Assembly: GCF_000150275.1 (NCBI RefSeq)
Contig: NW_002060944.1
Coordinates: forward strand, 2,704,152-2,768,151
Source of the DNA: Trichoplax adhaerens
Taxonomy: Eukaryota; Animalia; Placozoa
DNA length: 64,000 bases
Direction: 5' to 3'
Under the pieces are notes generated by a model. The model was not told the DNA's origin, did no database searches, and worked only from the letters and a program-made list of their open reading frames with translations. This document shows positions 1 to 16,913 of the stretch, piece after piece. Numbering within the stretch: position 1 is the first letter of the stretch; each line of letters starts with the position of its first letter. The position numbers and the translations under genes are program-made.

Positions 1-812
1 AGTTATTACGCAAGTAAAAAACGCATTTAATTTCCAATAGAAAATATTTAAAATCGTAATATAGCCAAATTTTATTCCTTTATGTCGTCCTCTGTCTGTC
101 ATCAATTATAGTTACAGTACTTTGTTCAGCCATAGAGGGCATGTAGTCTTCTTTTACTTTAATTCGATATGGAAAGAAAGCCGCCAGTCGAATATTAGGA
201 AGGAAATAATTTTAGAAGTTGTGCTTTATGATTAAAAAATAACCAAGGACTGACTACGAATCTTTTTGATACGATGATATTCAGTTAATTTACTCAACGT
301 TAATTTGTGCGTAATTAAACGCTATGACTACGAGTATGTTTTACTACGTGCGCGTTGATTGTACTATTGTATAATGGAAGTCACTGCCGCTTGAAAGTAT
401 TCGCCAGTTGCAGGCACGATTTGTCTTGATATTTCGCCCGAACCAACACTTTTCATCGTCTTATCAATATCTTTTAGTGTACACTTTGTTAGTGTACGAT
501 ATAGGTTGCAATAGTGAAACAACCAATTCATAACTTTTAAATTACGCTATACTGAATTTCAATGCTTATATAGTATTTTATTCTTGTCCAAGAAAGTATC
601 AGTAAATTAATGTAACTGTACTACTGATTATTGATACGAAATAGTTAGCAAGAAGATCACTTTTATGCTTTTTTGTGAAACTGCTATTTAAATGATTTTT
701 TGTACGTAACATATTACGGTGAGCTATGGATACAGACAGGTCAAGAAAGATAGTAGATGTAATTTTATTGACTAAGTTGTTAATTCAGCATACGTTTATT
801 GATTTGACGTAG

Positions 813-1922
813 GACCATTGTCGGAGTTGCTGGAGATAACTTTGCTATTCTAGCAGGTGATACGCGTCTCAGCGAAGGCTTTATGATCCATAGCAGAGAT
901 ACCTCCAAGATTTATAAACTGTAAGTATAGATAGTATAATATATTGTGTCGAAGAGAGACGCTCGACTGCAGCTAACGGTCTTATCTGGCTATTTTACGA
1001 TGGCTTGATTATACTGTGATTATGCTTCACCTGTTCTACGTTGAATGTTATATTAGGACGGAGAAAACATTCTTGGGAACGTGTGGCTTCCAAGGAGATG
1101 TCTTGACATTAACCAGATTATTAAATGCTCGTCTAACTGTAAGCATTAATGAGTAGTCTCATCTCGGATACAGTATTAAGATATATGTAAAATCATCGTT
1201 AATAAGCCATTGCATTGTTGAAATAAGAAGATATGTATAAGTATTAACAATTAATTACTAACTCTATGTAATGGTCCTGCTAGATGTACGAATTTGAACA
1301 TCGCAAGAAGATGAGGTAACCTGATTGATTGCTATTAGATGTTTAGTGATTGGTTTAATATTTATTGCAATTGCTGAAGGCAATGCTTCTACTAACCCAC
1401 ACATGCATTTATACGATTTTAGTTCAACGGCAATTTCCCAAATGTTATCCACGGTTCTATATTATCGTCGTTTCTTCCCGTATTACACATTTAACATTTT
1501 AGCTGGAATCGATACCGATGGCAAAGGTTGCATATATAGTTATGATGCAGTTGGAAACTATGAGAAACATACGTATCATGCTTCAGGCACTGCATCTTCA
1601 ATGTTACAGCCTCTATTGGATAATCAGGTAACCTTAATAGTTTTTTTACTAAAGTGGATAGCAAAATTTCTAGCCTTCCTAGCTCCCTTGAGTTAATTAC
1701 GAGTCGCCATCGCTATGCTGTATTATATCTTAACAGGTAGGATATTTGAATCAGGAAGGTGTCAGACGTGTTCCACTGACTATAGATAAAGCCAGAACGC
1801 TTATTAAAGACGTATTTATCTCTGCAACTGAACGAGACATGTACACAGGTGATAGCTTGCATATTGTCACTATAACATCTGATGGAGTCACAGAAGATCA
1901 TTTTCCTTTACGACGCGACTAA
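813..1922 (+). CDS. PSMB1: Proteasome subunit beta type-1 (beta-6), 5' partial
   Basis: GT-AG exons 813-920, 1057-1138, 1284-1315, 1423-1627 and 1737-1922 splice in frame. They give [20 protein letters not shown]...[18 protein letters not shown]...YSYDAVG...[10 protein letters not shown]...FPLRRD*. The first exon was not found in the window. Confidence 0.95.
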
Positions 1923-2823
1923 TCTCTAATGTTTAAAGTAGGCTTAACGTCTTTGATTTGTTTGTAATGTGTAATGTCAAAGGTTATGTAATACGGTATC
2001 CTACTTTCAGTCTTTAATAATGATCTTTTCGTACTTCTTTCGATGAGTCACTATTGTATGCTTATGCTTTCTATGGTATTAAAAAAGGATAGGAAAGATT
2101 TGTAACATTTATTATAAGTATTTAAATACTGTGAATTAATGTGATTCGAAATGTATCAAAGTGGTTGCTTTATTTCCTCCGTTCTTTTATAAAACTATAT
2201 GCCTTGAAGTTCATTTGTACTTTCTCATAATGAACAGCTACTGTTAATCAATAATGACTATTGTAGTACATTAACTTAAAGAATTACTTATACGTAAGTA
2301 CAAAATGAAGAGAAAGCTAAAAATAAAAGCATATCTGGTATCTACCAGCATTAAATAACCTTTATTTGATAATTAGTATTTGTAATATTTCGATATAAAA
2401 TTAAGATGATGTGAAGAACAAAGCAGCCCTTTATTCCTGAATCATTTACAATTGGCGTGTCATTTGAAAATTCTATATATTGCAGATGTTAGAACGTGAC
2501 AAATCTTGTCTGTAGTAAAACAATTTCTTCATCTGAGATGAAAGATTAGAACCATAGGAAGATCGACCTGGAATGGCTTCGACATCAGTTTGGCAAATTT
2601 TGGGCGTAAGCATACAAGAGAAATTACGTTCATTATTTTTGTTATCATGGAGACTTGAACGCATTTAACAGCGCGAAAAATAGATCATGAGCGTAGGGAA
2701 ATGCTACTTTACTTAGATTGCGCGAGACCGTCAGTACAGTATCGTATCAACAACAGATATAAAGAGAGACTCCACTTATCTTTCTCATTTGATTCCAATG
2801 TACGATATTCTACATTACCCTCA

Positions 2824-3711
2824 TCACACCATCAACTTATCTTTTGCTTTTTGATGCCAAATTGATGTACGCTTAAGTGTAGGATTGTAATTGAATCTAT
2901 TTGAGCCTAAGATGGTCTTGTTTCTTACATTAATCCAAAGGTTTATATCATAATTACTTAACGATGATACATATTCTAAAGTAAACATGTAATATGTAAG
3001 TAAAGCTAAAAAGATAATAATACTAGATAGAATTCTCAGGGCTAGTATATAAGCTTCCTTCATAACGAGGGCAACATTACTCCGATTCCAATAATTTTTG
3101 CATGTTAAGCGGGAGCATATATTACTTATTATGATATTGCGCACACCACTCGAAGCCTTCGAACTTTTAGGGGTACATTGCTCTGCGATTTGTAGGCATT
3201 GATCTCGCAGTTCTACCATTTGTGTTGACCTGCAGAGGGCAGTTTTCCACCATAGATCGTTGCCTTTAGCCAATGTTGTGTCCTGAACATGTGCCAAATC
3301 ACATCCTAGAATATCACAATAATTAGCCAAACACGTGGCGTTCATAACAGTACCAAGAAGGGCAGAGTGACGATTATCCAAGTGCTGATCCAAAAACCGC
3401 TCCCTATAAAACCACTTACCACAGTAGCTACATGTCCAACTAGACTGATAGGCATTGTCTTTTAGCTCTTCTTGTTTACGAAATAAATCTCTCTCAGGAT
3501 GAAATGGGCAATCGAATGAAAGTTGCACTTGCATCGATTGAATTAGGTCATACAATGACCTCTTCAGTATATTACGGGCGTACCTTGAATTGATACGTGA
3601 ACATGACTTGTCAGAACCAATAGGTTGTGGAAATACTAAATTGCTTTGCAACCAAATTAGTAATATAAGCAACATATTTTCTTTATTACATTGCAGATTT
3701 AGTACGTGCAT
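2824..3711 (-). CDS. Cys-rich predicted type I membrane protein with one C2H2-like motif
   Basis: 295-aa ORF. A hydrophobic signal-like N-terminus starts at Met 3675 (MLLILLIWLQSNLVFP). It contains CSYCGKWFYRERFLDQHLDNRH (C2H2), further cysteines and a TM segment ILALRILSSIIIFLALLTYYMF. A short intron near the C-terminus is possible. Confidence 0.75.
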   Translation of the reverse strand: MHVLNLQCNKENMLLILLIWLQSNLVFPQPIGSDKSCSRINSRYARNILKRSLYDLIQSMQVQLSFDCPFHPERDLFRKQEELKDNAYQSSWTCSYCGKWFYRERFLDQHLDNRHSALLGTVMNATCLANYCDILGCDLAHVQDTTLAKGNDLWWKTALCRSTQMVELRDQCLQIAEQCTPKSSKASSGVRNIIISNICSRLTCKNYWNRSNVALVMKEAYILALRILSSIIIFLALLTYYMFTLEYVSSLSNYDINLWINVRNKTILGSNRFNYNPTLKRTSIWHQKAKDKLMV

Positions 3712-4154
3712 TACTTATCCAGTTCCATCGGTACACCAGACATAGGAAAATATAATAAAAAGTTTCCAGGCACTGCTAGGCGATGTATGGGCTTTCAAAA
3801 CATTTAGCATTGATGTAATGTACAGTGATTGCCACTTTATACTTCGTAGCAAGATTTGGCAGAATAGTATACCAGAAATAAATAAAAATTGCGCTTTTAA
3901 ATCAATGATTATATTGGGAACATATGAATATTATTATGCATCATCGTACAGAGCTATTTGTACTGTACTATTCAAAGTTTTGATTAAAATAAGGACAGCA
4001 AAATCAATTGTACACAGCCGATAATGCAATAATAGTGATGTGGTTATACATACCGGTAGATATATGCGATCTAAATTGCACTGGAAGATCAAAATTAGAT
4101 GTTTATGTGTTTACTGTACTCATCTTGCGTTTCTAACTTGGACTACAATGACGA

Positions 4155-4470
4155 TTAGTGTACAGTACAGTTTGTAGCTTGGAGAAGGGAAAGACTGTAA
4201 GCAACGCTAGCTGTACTGTAGTACAGTCTCCGTCCCTCCGTAACACCGCCACGACCATCATTTGGTGTGCTGTACTTTACTGTACACTGTACTGTACAGG
4301 ACAGTACAGTACATGATGCTGGTGTCAGTGTGAGTGTGCAGTTTGCAGTAGTGTGCTGTACTGTCCTGTACTGTACAGTACTGTATGTAACACATGGCAG
4401 TTTCGTCAATCAGAGTACAGTGTACTGTAGTACTACAGTATACGGTATTGTACTGTACACTGTACACGAT
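4155..4470. repeat. (TACAG/CTGTA)n low-complexity array in the divergent C2H2-gene/LSM2 promoter
   Basis: Dense TACTGTAC, GTACAGTAC and TGTACAC units in both orientations, ending about 90 nt upstream of the LSM2 ATG. Confidence 0.85.
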
Positions 4471-4559
4471 ATGTTCGCTCTTAGCTTTCAACAGTTATCT
4501 TCTTCCTACGGACTGCGCCAAATTTTGATCTGCAGTTCTGGATAACCTGCTCATTTGTC

Positions 4560-6200
4560 ATGGTAAGTTCGGTACACCATTTTAGAGATAATAATTAAGC
4601 CCTACAAAATTAGTAAATTTATATAACTGTAAATTTGTTACTACTATGAATTTTATTTGATTCTTTTGTCGTATGCTGTATAGCTGTTTTTCTCTTTCTT
4701 TAAATCACTGGTTGGCAAGGAAGTCATAGTAGAGCTTAAAAATGACCTCAGGTACTATAAATTACATCACGGTATTGATGATGCATTTGAAACCACTTTG
4801 ATATATTGTGTTGAGAACTATATTAGTCCTATTACAATGAGTCACTATTAATGCAATGTTTAAAAGTCCAATTTTTCTTTCATTGCTGATGTACATGCAG
4901 TATTTTGTCTGGCTATGCTAATTCTTCATTATTATTTCTTTCTTTCTTAATCAGCGTGTGTGGAATCTTACATTCTGTCGATCAGGTAATCACTGCAGAA
5001 CTAATTTTTGCAATGGTCATACATCGTATCACTGATAAAATAATGCACTACGTATATGTTTCATCCCATATTTGATTCTATATATTTATTATCAGTTCTT
5101 TCGCACTATCTAAATGATTTAACAACTAATTTATTACCATTTGTCATACTGTATTACCCCTTAACCGGTTGAATAAATCTCTACGATGCTTACCGCAACC
5201 GATACAGTTCTATTGTACTATAATACCGTTCTTGACTTTGAAAATATAAGTGATGCAAAAATTCCAATACTGTAAATGGCCCACGTTTATTAGAACTGTA
5301 ATATTGGTTTGTATCTTGGGAAATATTCTATCATTACATATAGCATTTAATATACAGTACTGTTGGATAATTCTATTAATATGTAAAGAATATTCTTGCC
5401 ATTTTCCGTTTAGATTGGACTACTGTATTTAACATTGTAGATCATGCAAGTGATGCTTCTACTGTAGATATAGGATATACTGTATTTATATAAATTTCAA
5501 GAGTTTGAGAGCTAAAACTTGTTTAGTACTAATATTAATACTTATAGAAACCATTCATACAGATATCACTAACCAAAATATGAGCTCTATAGTTTATATT
5601 TATTGGACATTACTGTTTGGAACTATTAGCGCGTAATTTAATGCAAGTGTAAATTTGGGCTACAATAAATACATGATTTCAAGGCCAATTATAATTATCT
5701 GTAATAGTACGTATCATGTCGTAAATTACTTGCATAAATAGCCTATTTCCCTGATTTTATTGTGGCTGCTTGTGTGATGTAATGATTGTAGGTAAGAAAT
5801 AATTTAAAGTCCTTTTTAATCTTCGTTTATTATGTGACAGTATTTGAACATCAAGCTCGTAGATATTTCTGTGCCCGATACCGAAAAGTACCCACATATG
5901 GTAAATGCTCCGGAAAATTTTCCATAATTGTATAAAAATATATACAATATTCACTCTCTGATAACTTTTACTGCTTGTATACTAAGTAACTATTGCTGCG
6001 ATGATGTAACGGTACTCGTATCTTAATTATTAAAATTACAGATATCTGTCAAGAACTGTTTTATAAGAGGTTCTGTTGTTCGCTACGTACACCTCCCTGC
6101 CGAAGAAATTGATGTACAACTCCTGCAAGATGCTACTAGAAAGGAAGTTGCACAGCTGAAATCCCAGCAGACAGCTCAAGTAGCTGCGCCTAGTAAATAG
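4560..6200 (+). CDS. LSM2: U6 snRNA-associated Sm-like protein LSm2
   Basis: Exons 4560-4562 (ATG only), 4684-4751, 4955-4985, 5841-5900 and 6042-6200. They give MLFFSFFKSLVGKEVIVELKNDLSVCGILHSVDQYLNIKL...KYPHMISVKNCFIRGSVVRYV...LLQDATRKE...*. Confidence 0.96.
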
Positions 6201-6605
6201 ACATACGTGCACCTGACGAACTTGGTCGTTGATACGATTTAGTACTTTTCATCATTAATGTATGTATCATTTTTCTGTTTGAGAATCCCAATTGTATTTG
6301 TATCTTTATTTGCAAGACATTGTGACACTGCTTTTTCCCGTTATTAATAAAACGTAACTTTTATTGAGATACATGTCTGTTCCATGGTTTCTGTAACTGT
6401 CCTTCACTTGTGGATGTACAGCGTAACTACATTCACTAATGCTGCTATTTTAAATTATAAATACTGTGTTGACTTAATGACATTTTCATCTTTGGGATAA
6501 AATTATTCAGATATACTGTACTGTATTACGTAGACTGTAATAACCACATGTGCAGAGGCACGCCTTTGAAAACCTATCGTCAGGATAAATCGCATAAAGC
6601 TATAT

Positions 6606-9600
6606 TTATAATGGCTTCCCTTTATCTTTGCCTCGTAGTTTTACTCCTACGTAACATTAAAGGAAGAATACAGTAGATTAGTACCTTCATACAGAGTATA
6701 ACGCGCTAGGGATATTTAATAATATCGAATGATTACAAATTTTACCTAAAGCGCGCTCCATCTTTCCTAATAGCTGATTATTAGGGATTGCTTTACCGGT
6801 TTCATACTCGGTAATAATGCTTGGCTTTTCATTGATTTTCTGAAATAGAATTTATCAAAAAAAGATGTTTACATTTCGTGTCATCGTATGTTTGTAAAAT
6901 TCTTTGATAGCGTAGAATTGTTTAAAAAATGTCCGGACTTCAATATTGGACTAATGGATGTACTATAACCCCGAAAACAGCATGATTTTAAAAACTAGCT
7001 GAAAGCTTCTACCTGGGCAAGATCTTTTTGAGTCATTTTCTTGTCTAGCCGAATTCTTTGTATCAGTTTGGAAAGATCAAGTTCTACCTTTTCATCTACA
7101 TAAAAAATAATTGCGTCAATTAGCAATAACTTATCATATATCATTAATGCAATTTGAGTAATCAATGGTAGTTGATCATTGTTCTATCAAATTTTATAAT
7201 ACGTTTTATTACAGCAACGGATACTCTAAACTAAATCATAAGTCAACATGACACAATAAAATTCTTTTCCGTTTTTCTGAGTAATAGTTACGTAAGACTT
7301 TTTCAACTTACGATGCAATTCTTCCGTCTCTCTATCTAGTTTTGCAGTATCCTTTGTAGTTGATCGCTGTTTGTTACTTCCTGCAGCAACTAAATGCGTC
7401 CATAAAGTCACATCACTTTATCGAAATCATTACGTGAGTTTAGGTTATTAAATGATATTGCAGTAACTACTGAGAGCGACAGGAAGGGATCACTTTCATT
7501 TATAAATATATAGCGCGATAAGAGAAAGTTCGATAATCAGATAAATCGTGTAATTTAGTTATTCACATGCGGACTACCACTGTACAGTACAATAAAGAAC
7601 AGTATCTTTTATCCTTTAATCTAAAATTAAACCCATAGAGCCGACTGCTGATATAATCCTGATACATTGTGGGCAGCCCACAATATCAGGATTATATTAA
7701 CAGTATAGAAATGCAGAGAAACAAAAGAATACGACCTTAGCCTACTTATGATTTACGAAAGAGCCCATCTTTAAAGTAGTCACTGTTAAATAATAGTTAG
7801 CTACGACAACTTTTACATCCTGATGTAAGCGTATTTTATAAGCTATAAACTGCATTCATACAATTATTTGACACTATTAGTATGAAAGACTACCCTGTAA
7901 AAGCTAATCAGCTCCATTACACCATTTAACCTCCAGGCAACGCCCAAAGTCCAACATAATTCTATGACGAAGCATTGCTACGGTGTTTGCTCGTAATAGT
8001 ATGTGTACGAGCAGAAGCTTATTTACACATGAATAAACTACGTTGATAATAAGATGCGAACTAAACGCGTATAGTTAATAACTTGAACGTGGGGAGTTTA
8101 ATTTAAATTACTTAAGGATCGTGCGACATTTATTTTTCGTACATTTTTTGTTTGTTTCCACATCACCACCCTTTCTTTGAGCCTCTGTGACAGCCTAAAA
8201 CAGATGAGGTTGATAGAAACAGGAACAACAATTAACCACTATTTAATAAAGAAAGGGTTACATTAAATATTTTAAGATACTCACAAACCAGATATGCAAG
8301 TGCAGAAAAGTCATATCGTTGCAGAGCGGTATTATTGAAATTTTTATATGACATTCGTGCTAATATATTATGATCTTAGGTCGAATACATTCATTAACGA
8401 CTAGTCGACCTCGCACATACATCGGGCTGTACAATGCCAAAATGAAAATTTTTCTTATATATGTATACTGTATAGTACTGAAAATCTAATTAATTAAGAA
8501 TCACTATTATTGACGGTCGATCAGTAATTAATTAACCTTGCCGTAATGGATGATCTATTCGTACTATAGTAGTGCGAGCTAATCCGTTGATCTGTGTCTT
8601 CATTACAAATATACAATAGAGGTACTTTCTAAAATTATACACTACATGGCATACAGTTCAGAATTGGCATCAAAAGTCATAAGACATATTATACATGTCT
8701 AGTACATTGTTAGGTATTTTAGAGTTGAAGTTCAAGGTATCAACGGTATAAATGGGAAAATCACTTCATAACCAGTCGGCAATTTATCCGATTTTCTAAT
8801 ATGTTATAACTTCAAAAGTTTTAGTCCTGTTAATTGTACTACAAGTTCAATGAGATGATATCGCACCAGTAAAATTCAATTTTAGTTTACTGCTTACACT
8901 ACTGTACAGTACAGTACTGCATCCAAGAACGTATTTTCATAAATGATCGTATATACAACGTAGTTTTTTTCAGCATTTGTGATCGCAAGTGCCGTTCAGT
9001 TATTCATGTTAATCCAGTTATTACAATACTATGAATATACAAATCATACGTATAGTATGTTCGCAACGATATACCATCTCCTTTGCTGTACATTTTAAAA
9101 TCACAAGCTACTGCGATATATTGTTACGATTTCAAGATTTTTAAAACGGAAGATGAAGCAGACAGATTCTACCTATTATATTATCAGTGAGCTAGCGGTT
9201 AATTAATCAAGATTTATGACGGAACATCTATTAAAGTTGAACGTATAGGACAAATTTGAATTTGATTTAATGTATTTTTCTATTGCATATGGGATTGATC
9301 ATTATTGCCGTAACTGGTAGATAGCACGAAGTAGCCTCAAGCTGAACCTCTTTGTCAGGAGGCGAAGGAGTGCTTCGTTGCTCGTGCGATATACACGTAC
9401 TGTACTGTACTGTACGTACAGTATACGACTATAGCAGACAGTACGGTACAAAGTGACTGTACGACAGAAGTTCAACGTCAATAATTCCGCAAAGCTGATT
9501 CAGCGTACTTATAAAATCGACTCCTATACATAACACACCAGACCCTTGATTCACTTTAGCCCTTCAATCCTACCTTTTTGGTCTTTAGCTCCGATTTTTT

Positions 9601-9648
9601 GGGGGTCTTTTTACGTAAATAAGTGACTGATTCCCAGTCTTCCGACAT
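6606..9648 (-). CDS. EDF1: Endothelial differentiation-related factor 1 / multiprotein bridging factor MBF1
   Basis: Six exons: ~9648-9574, 8194-8143, 7389-7312, ~7096-7013, ~6840-6746 and ~6646-6606. They give [14 protein letters not shown]...KKFAAGSNKQ...[12 protein letters not shown]...[14 protein letters not shown]...[33 protein letters not shown]. Confidence 0.95.
7644..7704. repeat. Near-perfect ~30-bp-arm inverted repeat in an EDF1 intron
   Basis: Arms are actgctgatataatcctgatacattgtgggc and gcccacaatatcaggattatattaacagt, separated by a single a. They are complementary except for a 2-nt bulge and two substitutions. Confidence 0.9.
9321..9390. other. GC-rich ~70-nt hairpin in EDF1 intron 1 (candidate structured RNA)
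   Basis: gcacga pairs with tcgtgc, gtagc with gttgc (G-U) and cctc with gagg. It is a GC-rich island in an AT-rich intron, adjacent to a TACTG array at 9397-9462. Confidence 0.4.
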
Positions 9649-9689
9649 TTTGTTCACTTGACAGTTGTAAATCGTTTCTTTTCCGACAG

Positions 9690-10352
9690 AGCCGTACTGT
9701 AAATACTGTACTGTACAGTATGTACTGTAGTGAGAGTACAAGTACTGTAGTACAGTATCAACGACCTTTATACGGTGGCCCAAAAGGGACAACTTTACTG
9801 AGCAGAATCACTGTGTCAACGACTTTTGTACGGTGGCCCAAAAGGGACAACTTTACTGAGCAGAATCACTGTATCAACGACTTTTATACAGTGACCCATA
9901 AAAAGGTGCGTTCACACGATAAACTTTTTCCAGGACTACCATAAGGACTCCAGTCAAATCCTGTATTTTTGTCTTCGTAGACGGCGTAGAGTGCAAGATT
10001 CTACAGTGCACAGTGTACAGTACTGCATAGTGAAAATTCGACTGTACTGTACACTGTAGTGTCAATACAGTACAGTACACTGAGTACGAGGTCAAATTCT
10101 ACAGTACTGTACTGTACTGTACAGTACAATCCCTCACAAGTCCCTGACTGTACTGTACACTGTACACTGTACAGTACAGTACAGTACAGTACAGTACAGT
10201 ACAGTACAGTTACAGTACAGTACAGTATCCAACTTCTCCGAAGCTTGCTGTAGTCACTCTTGTCTGAGTGCATATGGTGAGGTGTTACTGTACTTGTACA
10301 GTACAGTACTGTACAGTACGTACTGCAGTCTGCACGTACTGTACTGTACAGT
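9690..10352. repeat. (TACAG/CTGTA)n array in the divergent EDF1/ATG5 promoter
   Basis: The densest array in the window. It includes a perfect (ACAGT)8 at 10171-10210 and many TACTGTACAGTA palindromic junctions. Confidence 0.9.
9755..9906. repeat. 58-bp tandem repeat, about 2.6 copies
   Basis: The unit gtatcaacgacctttatacggtggcccaaaagggacaactttactgagcagaatcact starts at 9755, 9813 and 9871. The third copy is partial and diverged. Confidence 0.92.
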
Positions 10353-10414
10353 TCCAAGTTTTACCAAGTTATCTGGCTCTTCTTGGAGCTCTTGCCAATC
10401 ATTTCATAATATCA

Positions 10415-13243
<2,829 letters not shown>

Positions 13244-14075
13244 ATTGTACCATAGAAAGTTATGCCTATAAATGATGTAAAATGTTATATTATGCTTCCA
13301 TTATCGAAATTACTTTTAATAGATCTCTAAATATTTTTTATATACTTAGTAGGGTCGTTGATAATTTTAGTAAAGATAAAGTTACTGCTTTTTTAATTGG
13401 CAATACCCTAGCGCATGTGAATTGAAACTTTGATTATGCAGTACTAAATATTCGCATGTTATACGTGCCTTGCATTCCTTTAGCATACATATATATTCAT
13501 AAGCAGCAATTTCTTTTTTAAATGTAGAAGTTTAGATAAGTTACAAATTAGTTGTGAAGTACTGTATTATACCCGTTGCTGTGTAGCATTTAAACGAATG
13601 ATATTGTTGTTTTCATATACAATGCAATAATAATATTTAACTTGCTTTGGATATGCCGAGTAATTAATTGCTCGTAACGTAGTATACGTTTATTAAAGGT
13701 GCTATACGCGTATTCGGACTGTATTACATCTTACGTTGATGCTCGATTGCCATGATCAGCACAGCGTAGATTACTACTGTACACTGGACTGTATGACAGA
13801 AATGTCGAGAAATTGCTACTGCAATAAAACTGTTAGACGCATTCTTTACTTGCCTTGTTATAAGATATACATGAATGATATATATACGAGTATATATACA
13901 CGTGCTGCATATCTATGCATGCATACGTTTACCACGTCGATGTTTCGTAAAAATGAAGTGGTACAGAAAAACTCGTTTCATTATATAAAAATTTAATGGT
14001 AAATATAAAAGACATGATATGTAATAGTCAGTTTTAAAACATAAGTACTTGAACTTTAGGAAATGAACCTTGTAA

Positions 14076-16350
<2,275 letters not shown>

Positions 16351-16380
16351 GTTGGCTGAATATCCGTGTATTAATTACGC

Positions 16381-16740
16381 TTATACTGTATAATTAGAAT
16401 TACAGTACTGAATATACTGTATGTTATTGAAATATATAGTATATAATATACAAGTACAGTATATAGTATATATAAATTAATGTAATGTAGGAAATAATAG
16501 ATTACTGTATAAATTGATTCTTGCGTTGATTATATACTTGCAGTCGTCTAAACTAAGAAGCGAAATAGTTATTATAATTAACGAATCGATTTACTGTACC
16601 CAGCTCTTTAAACAGCCATGAGTAGTAATAGTGAGTAGTAGTAGTGTACAGTACTGTGGGTGAAGTTCTGGTTAATTCACTATTTGTAAACCTGCATCAA
16701 AGACCATGGACCGACCGCTGGATGCTACTGCGGTACTGAA
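16381..16740. repeat. Weaker TACAG/CTGTA-rich array in the divergent DHPS/COQ4 promoter
   Basis: Scattered tactgta, tacagtactg and tgtacagtactg units between the two start codons, plus one more at 16982-16997. Confidence 0.6.
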
Positions 16741-16913
16741 CACTAAGTGACAGTCTCCAGTACAGACGGACTACGGTTGCGTCATTTTAACAGGATTTAT
16801 TACACAGGTTTATTTACGAATCCAGTCTGCAAACTAAAGCTGAATTGGCGAAGTGGCGATTCCATCGTGGAGAATTTACCACTTTCAGGCCTTAATTTTT
16901 GTTAATATCCCAA

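Noticed and set aside
1325-1422. Signal-peptide-like N-terminus on the PSMB1 ORF in the track
   Set aside because: This is intron read-through. The true exon starts at 1423.
4155-4545. Overlapping YCTVL/QYSTV-rich ORFs (also 9874-10357, 39542-39727 and 48949-49315)
   Set aside because: They are translations of the stop-free TACAG pentamer arrays and are open in several frames on both strands, so they are not proteins.
9335-9375. Resemblance to U5 loop I, U6atac or the SRP helix
   Set aside because: The invariant residues (GCCUUUUAC, AAGGAGAG) and an Sm site are absent. It is kept only as an unassigned hairpin.
9440-9480. U11 snRNA-like CTTCTGTCGT on the minus strand
   Set aside because: It is only a 10-nt match, lacking the 5' AAAAAGGG end, the Sm site and the remaining structure.
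9755-9906. CRISPR-like array
   Set aside because: The units are head-to-tail with no unique spacers, the context is eukaryotic and no cas genes are present.
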